The notes beneath the pieces are model-generated. The model ran no database searches. It was not told where the DNA came from and saw nothing but the letters and a program-made list of their open reading frames with translations. Positions 40,285-52,612 of a stretch of 64,000 nucleotides of DNA are shown piece by piece (position 1 is the stretch's first letter; each line of letters begins with the position of its first letter). Source of the stretch: Octopus sinensis (Eukaryota); NCBI RefSeq assembly GCF_006345805.1, contig NC_043001.1, positions 29,388,001 through 29,452,000 of the forward strand. Reading direction: 5' to 3'. A program made the position numbers and the translations under genes.

Positions 40285-43200
40285 ATATATATATACACAT
40301 CTATACGACGGGCTTCCTTCAGTTTCCATCTACCATATCCACTCACAAGGCTTTGGGCAGCCCGAGGCTATAGTAGAAGACACTTGCCCAAGGTGCCATG
40401 CAGTAGGACTGAACCCGGAAGCATGTGGTTTGTAAGCAAGCTACTTACCACACAGCCACTCTTATGCCTCCTAATACCTCAAAATTTACCGAAGCTATCA
40501 TGGAAATAAATGAATGAATGTATATAGTTTTTTTTTTTCAATGTATATTACAGCTTTTGAACAAACATAAAATATATCGTGTAATTTTTCTTATCAAACC
40601 ACATGACCACTTCTGTTTTAAAATGTTGAATCTTTTGAACCCATTCTTACATTCAAATACTACTGGATTTCTGGATTTTTGTTAGTGTTTATATCTCTTT
40701 AGACCTGATATTTGTATTTGGTACTAGGATCAATTCACGTGGCTGTATTCCCTTTCTTTACATCATTATTAAATCATTTTTATTTCTGTTATTAAAGCAG
40801 TAAGCTAGCAGAATTGTTAGCATGCTGGGCAAAACGCTTAGTGTTGTTGCATCCATCTTTACAATTTGAGTTCAAATTCCCCTGAAGTCAACTTTGCTTT
40901 CCATCCTTTGAAGATCAATAAGATAAGTACCAGTCGAGCACTGGGGTCGATAAATTGACTCTCCACCCCTCAAAATTACTGGCTTTGTGCCAAAATATCA
41001 AAGGATTATTATTATTGTCATTATTTATTACAAATATCAAAGTATCAATATAGTCTCCTCACCCAATAAAACTGGTTCAACTATGTGGTATTGACATCCA
41101 ATTGAAATTAACCCTTTCGTTACCAACCCGGCTGAAACCAGCTCTGGCTCTGTTGTACAAGTGTCTTGTTTTCTTAAGGTTTTAATTAAAACCTTCTATC
41201 AAACCTTAGTCACAATTTATGTTCCTAACACTAGCTGAATGATAACTAAGTTATTTTACTAAATTCTTTGTTATATTTAAAGTAATTGAAAGAAGCACAG
41301 AACATCTCAAAATAAATACAGTAACAAAAGGGTTAATAGATATTTATGGAATGAAAATCATGGTTGCTTACGTTGTCATCATCTGCAGCTTTCAGTCGGA
41401 AGAATGCAGTGTTGACTACTAAGTTCTCATTAATTATCTTTGTATATGGAGCATCGATAAAGTAAGGGCCAGTGCTGTTTCTGCTCACTCTAACAATTAA
41501 TTCAGACTGAATTTTCCTTTGAGGTGAGTTTATATTGAAAGCCGAAATCTGAATCTGAAAATGAAAAAGAAATTAAAAGATTAAATACTTAATATTGCAT
41601 GAGGTAGCTTTATTTAAAGAATAAAATACGAAAGAATTCAAAACTGCACTTGTAAAGAGTTATAAATGTAAATATCAGAACTAAACCTTTAAGGATCAGA
41701 CATGAGATCCTCCATATTAAGAACTTCATAATTAATGTGTGTGTGTGTATACAAAAAAATACAGTCTGCATTCATATTATTAATCTGAAAAAGACTTCAG
41801 TAACTTACATGAAAAAGACATTTCTTACCAATGGCTGGATATACTCTGATAAGAATATTCTTCATGCAAAGTCTAATTTTTGATGTGATGTAAGTTATAA
41901 AACTAATTAACCACTGTTGCAGCTGTTGTTAGTTAAGATCTTTCTTTTCAGACACAGTGTATCTAGGACTATATTATCTTATGTGTCCTTTCTTTTAAGG
42001 TAACTGGGCATGTTATGAGACAGATCTTTCTTTTCAGGTGCAGTGTTTTTAAGACTATATTATCTAAAGTATACTTTCTTTTAAGATGATAGTGTAAGTT
42101 AAGTGACCACACAGAGGCTCCTTCGTTGGTTTGTAGTTGGCTTTGAGCTACTTTTCAACATTAAGCTGAAATCCTCTTTAGTGTTATGGAAAAGAAATGA
42201 GAAATTCTTTTGTGTGTCCATCACAAGAAAAACTTCAGTAAAGCTGCAAAAGGTTCAATAAATTACTGGGCAGTTTATTTGTTGTTCAAACTATTTCATT
42301 AACTTGAAGGTTTAATAGAAAAATGGGATCACAATTTGAAGTTGAATATCAGAATTTTTGAAGTCTCAGCTATGACATTTCATAATAATCTTCCATCACA
42401 AAATGCATGAATGCATTGCATGGTGTAGTGGTGTCTAATTCATTGTCATTATTGTTTAGCCCAGGGATTCTCAACCTTTTTGTAGCATATCACCTTCTTT
42501 CATTGAATGGCCCCTTTTACAAATTCCTCTTTCACATGGTTTGCAAAGTGAAAGAAAGAAGTGCAATTACTTTAATTAAGCATAACTTAATTTTTTGCAA
42601 TGCTTTATTAATATTATACTATTCCATTCAATATGTGCTTCTTTTTGAATATAAGCATGGATTAGTACCTCCATGTTGAATGCTTAAGGAAATCACTAAA
42701 AAGGTTGAGGACTTATAGAATGAAAGGTGTTTAAAACGTTAGTATTTTAAGGCGGTTTAAACATTTATCACAGAGAGAGATAACAGGCCCCTCTAAAAAT
42801 CTAATGCCTCCAAATACTGCTCTTTAATATTTGCTGTCCTTTGAGAGTTCACAATGCCTCCAACAGGGCACTGCTGCCCAGGTTAAGAACCACTAATTTT
42901 AGTCCCAAGGTTGTTTTGATTATGTGGACCTACAATTAAAAGACTGTGACCACCCTACCCTTTAAGGGATGTTTTGGACAATCCAATGGATCTGTTCCAA
43001 ATTTAAGATGGCAAAATTTATTTATATAAGGCAGCGAGCTGGCAGAAATGTTAGCACATCGGGCAAAATGCTTAGCGGTATTTCGTCTGTCTTTATGTTC
43101 TGAGTTCAAATTCTGCCGCGGTTGACTTTGCCTTTCATCCTCTTGGTGTCAATAAATTAACTACCAGTTATGCACTGCGGTCGATGTAATTGACTTAATT

Positions 43201-45443
43201 CCTTTGTTTGTCCTTGTTTGTTCCCTCTATGTTTAGCCCTTGTGGGCAATAAAGAAATAAGAATTTATTTGAGGAAGACATGACAGCTATTTCTTCTTGA
43301 CAGAACAACCAAAGAGTGGGTTCTCTCATTGGCCAAGTTGTGTATGGATGTCACCTCTGTAGAGAAGCTTAAGATAGTATGAAGAATGAAATCACTTTTG
43401 TTGTTGCTGTTCAACATCCGATCCAGTTCCTGATTGAGAGGAACAATGGTCAAAAACATTCCAGCTGTAATCCCCTCATCTTGTATTGAGAAGTGACAAG
43501 TACCTTAACCCCTTGGGGTTCATTGGGGTGCTACAGCCACGCAGCATATCTATGGTGAGAAAGCTCGATGGAGCCCATCCCTCTCCAGGATAAACTCATT
43601 TCTACAGCTGAGTGGACTGGAGCAATATGAGAGGAATTGTTTTGCTCACAATGGATCGCTCGGTCCAGGGTTCGAAACCACAATCTTACGGTCATGAATC
43701 CAACACCCTAACCATTAAGTTACATGCCTCCACCAGTGGTACTCATTTCTCCAGCTGAGTGGACTGGGACATTGTGAAATGAAGTGTTTTGCTCGAGAAC
43801 ACAACACATTGCCCAGTCCAGGAATCAACATCACAATTTTACAATCCTTAGTCCAATGCCCTAACTACTAAGCCATGCACCTCCACCGTCTTGCATTAAG
43901 ATAAGGTATATCTAATACAACAATTTACTATCAGTGTTTTCGTAATCAATTTGAAATTGTATGGGGCTGAGACATGGCGAACAACAGTTAAGTCAAATAA
44001 GCAAATACAATCATTCATCAACAGATGCTTGCGTAGTATACTTAAAATTAGATGGCCTGAACACATAAGCAATATGGAGCTATGGCAAAGAACAAATCAA
44101 GTTTCGATTAGGGAGCAAATATTTAAGAAAAACTGGAAGTGGATTGGTAGCACAATTAGAAAAGACACACCGAATATAGTGAAAAGTGCTTTACAGTGGA
44201 ACCCAGATGGATATAGAAAGAAAGGTAGGCCTAAGAACTTGTGGCATAGATCAACACAAATAGAACTAGAGAAAGGGGAACATTCATGGCAGAGTATAAG
44301 TCCAGAAGCGAAAAATTATGCAACATGGGATTCAATTATAAGTGGCCTATACTCCACTTTGGAGGGATAAAGGCAGAATAAAATTTTTAAAATACTGCAA
44401 TAATCAATATGTCTATTTTTAAGATGGTAAGGTATGATTTAAGGGAAATTTAGTCGCTAGAAGTAATGATGAGTCCATCATTCATATGCATAACAGATAT
44501 AAAGAAAGGATACATAATATAAGCAGAAATAAATGTTCAAAGTAGTTATAATAAGAGCATACTTACTCTGTATTCAGTGTTTTTCTGAGGGTCATTTTTC
44601 AAGCTGTCATTCAAATAGATTATTCCACTCACTTTATCAATGTAGAAATGGTTTTGTCCGTTTGGAAAGACACTTTCAATTTGATATTGTGTTTGACCCT
44701 GAAAGACATTGAAGTACATGACAATAATAATTATTAGTATTATTCGTAAAATGTAAGCTTAAAGCACACAAGATTGCCACGTAGTATTAATGTGTATTTT
44801 GGGAGGGTGATTCATATACATACATACATACATATATATATATATAAGCAATAAATCTCAGAGCAAATTATAAACAGTAGCTACAACACATCGTGATGTA
44901 TATTTGCCATTTAAATATGGCTAACCCCTAAGAGTGGATGCTACTGTAGTTTGTAGCCCCAGGAGGACACCCAGGGCACAGAAAATGTGTCTATAGCCAG
45001 CTGGAGGAGGTGTCCTCCTGGGGCTACAAACTACAGTAGCATCCACCCTTAGGGGTTAGCCATATATACGACCCCCCACCGCCGTCAAATGGATGGTGCT
45101 GAGTTGTTAAACATTTAAACCAAATTTTCTCAAAACAACTTGTCCAACCATCACATTTTGTGGCATTATTTCAAGCCAGCCGGCTTTTTTTGTGCAAACT
45201 GCACATGCATTTTTCTCGTGTACGCATAGTATCGATCACAACAGCTGATGTACTTGCATGTAGAAATGCACGTTCCCACGGCTTTATCGATTACATTCTT
45301 ACCTGGAATCGATTTTTGTAATTTTTTCAAGACTTATACACGCCCTGATACCGTCGGTATCTACATATCAAATTTGAGTGCAATCGGATGGAGGATGCAC
45401 AAGATCCTAGAAGACACACACACAGACAGACAAGAATGGATTT

Positions 45444-45488
<45 letters not shown>

Positions 45489-48400
45489 TAAACACACACA
45501 CACACACACACATGCACACACAATACACATTGCTGTTTAATTCCCATCTGCATGGTTTGGGGTTTGGTCCCACTACATGGCACTTTAGACAAGTGCTTTC
45601 TACCAAAAAAAAAAAAGAGTTTTCAGAGGATTTGGTGGATGAATACTGACAGAAGCTCATTCTATCTGTCCGTCCGTCTGTCTGTGTGTATATATGTATG
45701 TGTCTGATACTGTCTTCTTGCCTTGACATCACCTGACAATTGTAAGCAAGTGTCGCCCTCATGCAAGTGGTGTCCATTTCCAAGTTTTTGTGAAAACATG
45801 TCTTATAGTAGGTGAATATTACTTTACTTGGGAACAGGTGAGGGTTAGCAACAGGAAGGACATCCAGCTGTAGAAAAATCCACCTCACCAAATTCCATCC
45901 AACTCATTTCAGCATGTAAAATTGGAGGGTAAAATGATAATGATGATGATGATGATGATGCATGTGTGTGTGTGTGTGAGTGTGTATTCTGTGCTAAATG
46001 GTGACAAGTGAAAAATAATAGTTATCAGCTTAAGCACATAAGCTAATACACGTATTTTAGCATCAAGGGCTTATATGCACCAATAGTGGATTATTTTCTA
46101 TAGCCAATACACAGGGAACACTTATAAGCTTAAGATTATAATTATTATTTACAGAATATATATATATATATATACATCATCATCATCATCATCATCATCA
46201 TTTAATATCCGCTTTCCATGCTAGCATGGGTTGGATGATTTGACTGAGGTCTGGCGAACCAGATGGCTGCACCAGACTCCAATCTGATCTGGCAGAGTTT
46301 CTATAGCTGGATGCCCTTCCTAATGCCAACCACTCTGAGAGTGTAGTGGGTGCTTTTACGTGCCACCAGCACGAGGGCCAGTCAGATGGTACTGGCAATG
46401 GCCATGCTCAAATGGTGCTTTTTATGCGCCACCTGCACAGGAGCCGGTCCAGCAGCATTGCCAGATCAGACTGGGCCTGGTGCAGCCTTCTGGCTGCCCA
46501 GACCCCAGTTGAACCGTCCAACCCATGCTAGCATGGAATGCGGACGCTAAACGATGATGATGATATACATATACATAGAGAGAGAGAAGAGAGAGAGAGA
46601 GAGAGCGAGGAAGGAGGGTGGTAGCGAGGGAGAGTTAGAGAGATGTGTAGATGCAGTAATTTATGATATTCAGGGTTGTAATTATTTCAGAAGTCAGGGA
46701 CTCTATTGGAGAAATATGTTAATATAAAAGTGCAATATAAATTGTCTACTGAGCTCTTACAAAGGTCACTTCCATAGAGACCCTGTTTATCATTCCAGAC
46801 CTGGTGGTTCTTCTTGATAGTGAAATGTGTTGAGGCAACTGGCCATCCAATGTAGCTTATATTTCAATCAAATGTTTTAAGATTAGAAAAGCTTTTTTTA
46901 TACTTACCACATTGTTATTTGAAACAGTTACTTGATAGAACATAGAGCCCCGACTGAGATTGTCGCGAACATTAATTTGATGTGGTAAATTTGTAAAAGT
47001 TATTGCTGGATTTTGTTTTACATTCACAATTACTGTTCCAATATTTTTCTTTGGAACTGGTTTTCCATTATCACTGGCTTCCACTTCGATCTAAGATTAA
47101 AAAAAAAAAGATTAAAAAAGAAACAAGTTTGTTTCAAACAAAGCAATATTTTTTTTTAAATATTTGAAATTCACTATTATCCTCATTATATTAAGAAAAT
47201 TTTGAAGAGATAAATGTTACTTAGTGATAGTAATCTTTATTGTATATTCAACTAACACCCTTCTCCAATTCTGGCCTTGCATCAAAATTTGAACTAAGGA
47301 TCTGTTAAATTTATAATATTTCAGTTTTGAAAGAGTTTTTAGAGAATCAGGTATTTTCAAGTTGTCAATGCCTTTGATGTGGGCACTGCCCAAGAGAATA
47401 AATTTTTGGCGTTCTTATTTCTTTATTGCCTACAAGGGGTTAAACACAGAGGGGACAAACAAGGACAGACAAAGGTATTAAGTCGATTACATCGACCCCA
47501 GTGCGTAACTGGTACTTAATTTATCAACCCCGAAAGGATGAAAGGCAAAGTCAACCTTGGCGGAATTTGAACTCAGAACGTAACGGCAGACGAAATACCG
47601 CTAAGTATTTCGCCCGGTGTGCTAACGTTTCTGCCAGCTCGCTACCTTTTTTGTGGTTCTGATACCTTGGTGTATCTTGGCATTTGATCATTTATGAGTA
47701 TCATTTGGTATTGTTCCCAAAGCTCTGATGATCACAGGCACAATTGTTCTTAGATACCACATTTTTGAAACCTCTGTTTTGAGTTCCTTGTATTTCACTT
47801 AATTCCGCAAATGTTTTTACAGAAGTGTTGCAGCCTGCTAGAATTGACAGACTTAAGAGTTGACATGTTTTGTCAACCTGATGTCTTACAATAATATTTG
47901 ATATATTAGCCTGTATAGCACAATCAGTTTGGTTACTAAAATAAAAAAATTTTTAAAATGGTGATTGTTGTTATCATTTTTGCTGTTGTTATTTGTTAGC
48001 CTTTGGTCAAATTTGATCAAGCAAACCCATAATCAAAGACAATCCAGCCCTGACGACCTCATCTTTTTTCAGACATAGTACACTCAAAATTACATTATCC
48101 AACATGTCCATTTATTATTTAAGATCATAGGCATGATTTGAAGGTGATATCACTACTATTTCCAGCAGGTCGAGTGACCACATAAAGGATCCCTTGACTC
48201 ATTGACAATTATCTAATACTTGGAAACAGCTAAGCTGCTAAAATATAGATGAAAGATGATATAATAGACTCAGCATTAAGAACTAATGATAAAGCTGCTT
48301 GGCTAATTATATTCTTTTAAGCTTGTCACATGAGTTAAATTCAGAACAACAGAAAGATATGCAAGAAATCTGGTAAATATAAAATCACAGTATATAATAA

Positions 48401-49013
48401 GTTTGTTACACTGTATCTAAAACACCAAAATACTTACTACATATTGTGTATTATTTTGTGAATCCAACAACAGACTCCTTTTTAATTGAAGGATACAGCT
48501 CTTGGGTGCGAGAGTAAAATATTGCAAAGCAACCGTTTGTCCTATAATTTTACAACTGATAAAATTCTGGAATATAAAAATAATAAAGAGAAATTAAAAT
48601 TCATCATTTTGAACAAAAATTCAGGGCAGACATGGCAGTGTGGTTTAAAAGCTCCCTTTTCAACCATGAAGTTTTGGGTTCAGTCCTAATGTACATCTTC
48701 AGCAATTCTTTTCTACTCTAGGCACAAGGCCCGAAATTTTGGGGGAGGGGGCAAGTTGATTACATCGACCTCAGTACACAACTGGTACTTAATTTATCGA
48801 TCCCGAAACGATGAAAAGCAAAGTCGACCACAGCGGAATTTGAACTCAGAACATAAAGACAGACAAAATATCACTAAGCATTTCACCCGGCATGCTAACA
48901 TTTCTGCCAGCTCGTTGCCTTTGTACATCTTCAGCAATTATCTTCTGATATAGCCTCAGACTAATTAATGCCTTCTTATTGAATTTGGTAGATGGAAATT
49001 AAGTGGAAGCCTG

Positions 49014-49054
<41 letters not shown>

Positions 49055-51757
49055 TAAATTAGAGATAAAACCACTATTAGGCAAATCAAACAATGAAAAA
49101 CTTAAGCCAATACATAAAATTAATTAATTTATATTATTTTAAATATATATCAAAATTATTAAAAGTTTAATAAAAGTAAGTTTGGATTTATTCCCTAATA
49201 TTTTATTATATATTTTATTATATATATATATGCTACAGGTTTCCACTTAACTTCCATCTACCAAATTCAGTGGAAACACATGTAGGTTGTCATAACTATA
49301 AAAATATGGTGTATGACATTGTAAAATAAAAGGAAATAGATTTTGGAGATGTACCAGTCTCCATACTCTCTATCATTATAATTATTGCTTATATAAATAT
49401 ACATTCAGTTAAATATATGTCTGGTCATAGAGTGACCAATGGTATCACTTCCATAAAGTGCTTAGCTCTATGGATGACTTGACAGACTGTAATGTTGGAG
49501 GGCATATAACCTCCCTTCAAACTGGAGGAAGGAAACCATTATGGTCAGTTAATTTATAAACAAAAAATAAAATACTGTTTGAGCTTTAGCCAGGACTGGT
49601 TATCTCCTTTAGACCAGTTCAGTTGGTAAATCTTATGGACTTAAAGGGCAAAAGGGGAATCTCCATCCTTAGGCTGTTTCCAGTCTGCAAAGATAACCAT
49701 AACAGGATTTGAACTCAGAGCATGGAGTGTTCAGTCTACTGTTCAAATGACTCTACCAGTTCTTCTGAAGACCTTTAACAACAACTTCTCCAAGGTTTTC
49801 ATTAGCAATCACGTCCGGGTTGCGGATCCGTGGAATAAGCTGCCGGACGAGATAGTGAAGATGCCGACGACCGCTCGGTTCAAAGTCTCTCTTGACCAGA
49901 AATGGCCTGAACTCTTTGCAAGAACAACCTCCCTGTACATAACTCCATGTACCCCTACATGGCCTTGCTTTTGCTTTTTGAGCCAAAAAATTAACTCAAC
50001 TTAACAGTTCACTACCTATATACATTTTATACTTCTAGTTAGTTTACATTTCCTAATATACAAACTATTAGTTATAGAATATGCAATAAAACTTACATTG
50101 TCTGCATCAGTAACATTAAGGTTGTAAAGATATATCCCAGGCTGGGAATCTCTTGGTATTTCCACAGAAGCAGTTTGTGGATTGAAGATTGGACCATTAG
50201 CATTCCTGGTGACAGTAATTAAAACATCAGTAGTCGCTACTGCATTTGGTTGACTGGGAATATATGCTTCAACTTTTAACTAAAACACAAGAAGAAATTT
50301 GCAATACAGTTAATATCAAAATTTATTCATGTAGTATTGAAATATTATTGCTGTTTCTGAAGCTTAAACCTTTAGCATTCAGATTACTGCCAAATGTACT
50401 ATATTTACTGGCATACAATTCAACATAGTATAGAGTAAAAACTCTAAAGTGAAGGCGCATGGCTCAGTGGTTATAGCATCGAGCTTACGATCATGAGGTT
50501 GTGAGTTTGAATCCTGGACCGGGCTGCGTGTTGTGTTCTTGAGCAAGACACTTTATTTCACAATGCTCCAGTTCACTTAGCTGTAGAAATGAGTTGCGAT
50601 GTCACAGGTGCCGAGCTGTATGGCTGTTGCCTTTCCCAAGGATAACACTGGTGGCATGGAGAAGGGAGGCCGGTATGCATGGGTGACTGCTGGTCTTCCA
50701 TGAACAACCTTGCCCGAACTTGTGCCTGGAAGGGTAACTTTCTAGGTGCAATCCCACGGTCAGTTATGACCGGAGGGGGTCTCATAGAGTAAAAACATGG
50801 AGTGTAAACATTCAAACATTGTTACCGTCTTTCCAAATTCTGTTGCATTTCTCATGGAATTTTTTGTCCTCCTAAGTTGTCTTTGTGTATAAGTTGACCT
50901 ATCATTTTTTTTGGCAGTAAATTTTGGTCTGAAAATTTAACTTGCATGCCAGAAAATATGGTAATGCTTATTTATTTATATTTTTTTGAATTAATCAGAC
51001 ATTGTGGCATAGTTTTGAGACCCTGATGATGTGATTGTTTATTTTCAGAATAATGGATTGGAAGCACTCGTCGGTTACGACGACGAGGGTTCCAGTTGAT
51101 CCGAATCAACGGAACAGCCTGCTCGTGAAATTAACGTGTAAGTGGCTGAGCACTCCACAGAGACGTGCACCCTTAACGTAGTTCTCGGGGATATTCAGCG
51201 TGACACACAGAGTGACAAGGCTGGCCCCTTGAAATACAGGTACAACAGAAACAGGAAGTAAGAGTGAGAGAAAGTTGTGGTGAAAGAGTACAGCAGGGAT
51301 CACCACCATCCCCTGCCGGAGCCTCGTGGAGCTTTAGGTGTTTTCGCTCAATAAACACTCACAACGCCCGGTCTGGGAATTGAAACTGCGATCCTATGAC
51401 CGCGAGTCCGCTGCCCTAACCACTGGGCCATTGCGCCTCCACTTTCAGAATAATATTGTAGAATAGGTGTCAAAGGCCAGATCTGGACTTCTTGAACATG
51501 AAACAGGTAGAACATTTAGATTAGACATGGCCAGTTTAAATGCTAAAGACTTAAAGCAAACATAATTTTATAGTGCCAAATATCATTAGATTATTATTGA
51601 TATATTGCTGACATGTGTATAATGTATGTGTTAGAATATGCAGATATTGATTGCTACAAACCTATATAAACTGGATGTTTTCTTACAGGCAATTAACAGT
51701 TTTGGAGCTCGTACATTGACTCAACTAATTGAATAAAAATTCTTCCTCTCTCTTTCC

Positions 51758-51804
<47 letters not shown>

Positions 51805-52578
51805 ACTCTTTCTTCTTTCTTTCTTTCTTTTCTTTCTTTCTTTCTCGCTCTTTCTCTCTCACACACACACATACACATATGTCTGTATACATACAATAAT
51901 CATAGTGAATCCATTACATAGTTTTAAACCAAAGCTCTCAGATTTTCACTATTCAGAACCATGGTCTAATGTAATAATCCAATACGACTTTTTTGCATAC
52001 CCATACACGCATGCATCTTTAGTCATCAAAAAGTTTCGTAGTCAGCTATATTAGCTAGACGCCATCATTACCATTACAAATGCCGTGTTACCACTCATCA
52101 TTGTTAGCATTACCATCATTGTCATCATCATCTCATATATTACCACAGATAGACACACGAAAATATAGAGACACATCTCTTTTGCACATCTATATATATA
52201 TAAAGCTGAAGTTGTCTGTGTATGGCAGGTTGGTAGCCTTCAACTAACACTATCACCTCCTAGACCCTGCAGCGCAAGTTGACCAAAATTGAGAGTATGA
52301 TAGAAGAAGGCTTGCTCTTCCTTCCGTAGAAGAAAAAATTGTAATCAGACCATGTTAACACCAAAAATTATTTACATCAAAAAGGTGCTTTTTTTCTATG
52401 AAAATCTCTATTTTTTACGATTTTTTGACTGCTGTGTTACCATTTTTCGGTGTATCTTAACCCGAAAAATGTTCACTTAAAGAGAATAACAAGCTACATA
52501 ATGCAAAATTTTTACTTTTCAAAAATTTCAATTCTAAAGGGTTAAAACAAACCCAAGCAACGCCGGCTGATACCGCTA

Positions 52579-52612
<34 letters not shown>

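Noticed and set aside
43951-44370. Independent or domesticated 139-aa gene
   Set aside because: It is a 5'-truncated RTE ORF2 C-terminus with no true ATG, promoter or RT core.
50452-50525. tRNA genes at SINE heads (also 7725, 13309, 18339, 51370-51442)
   Set aside because: Only A/B-box remnants; each continues into a multi-copy SINE body and no full cloverleaf was found.
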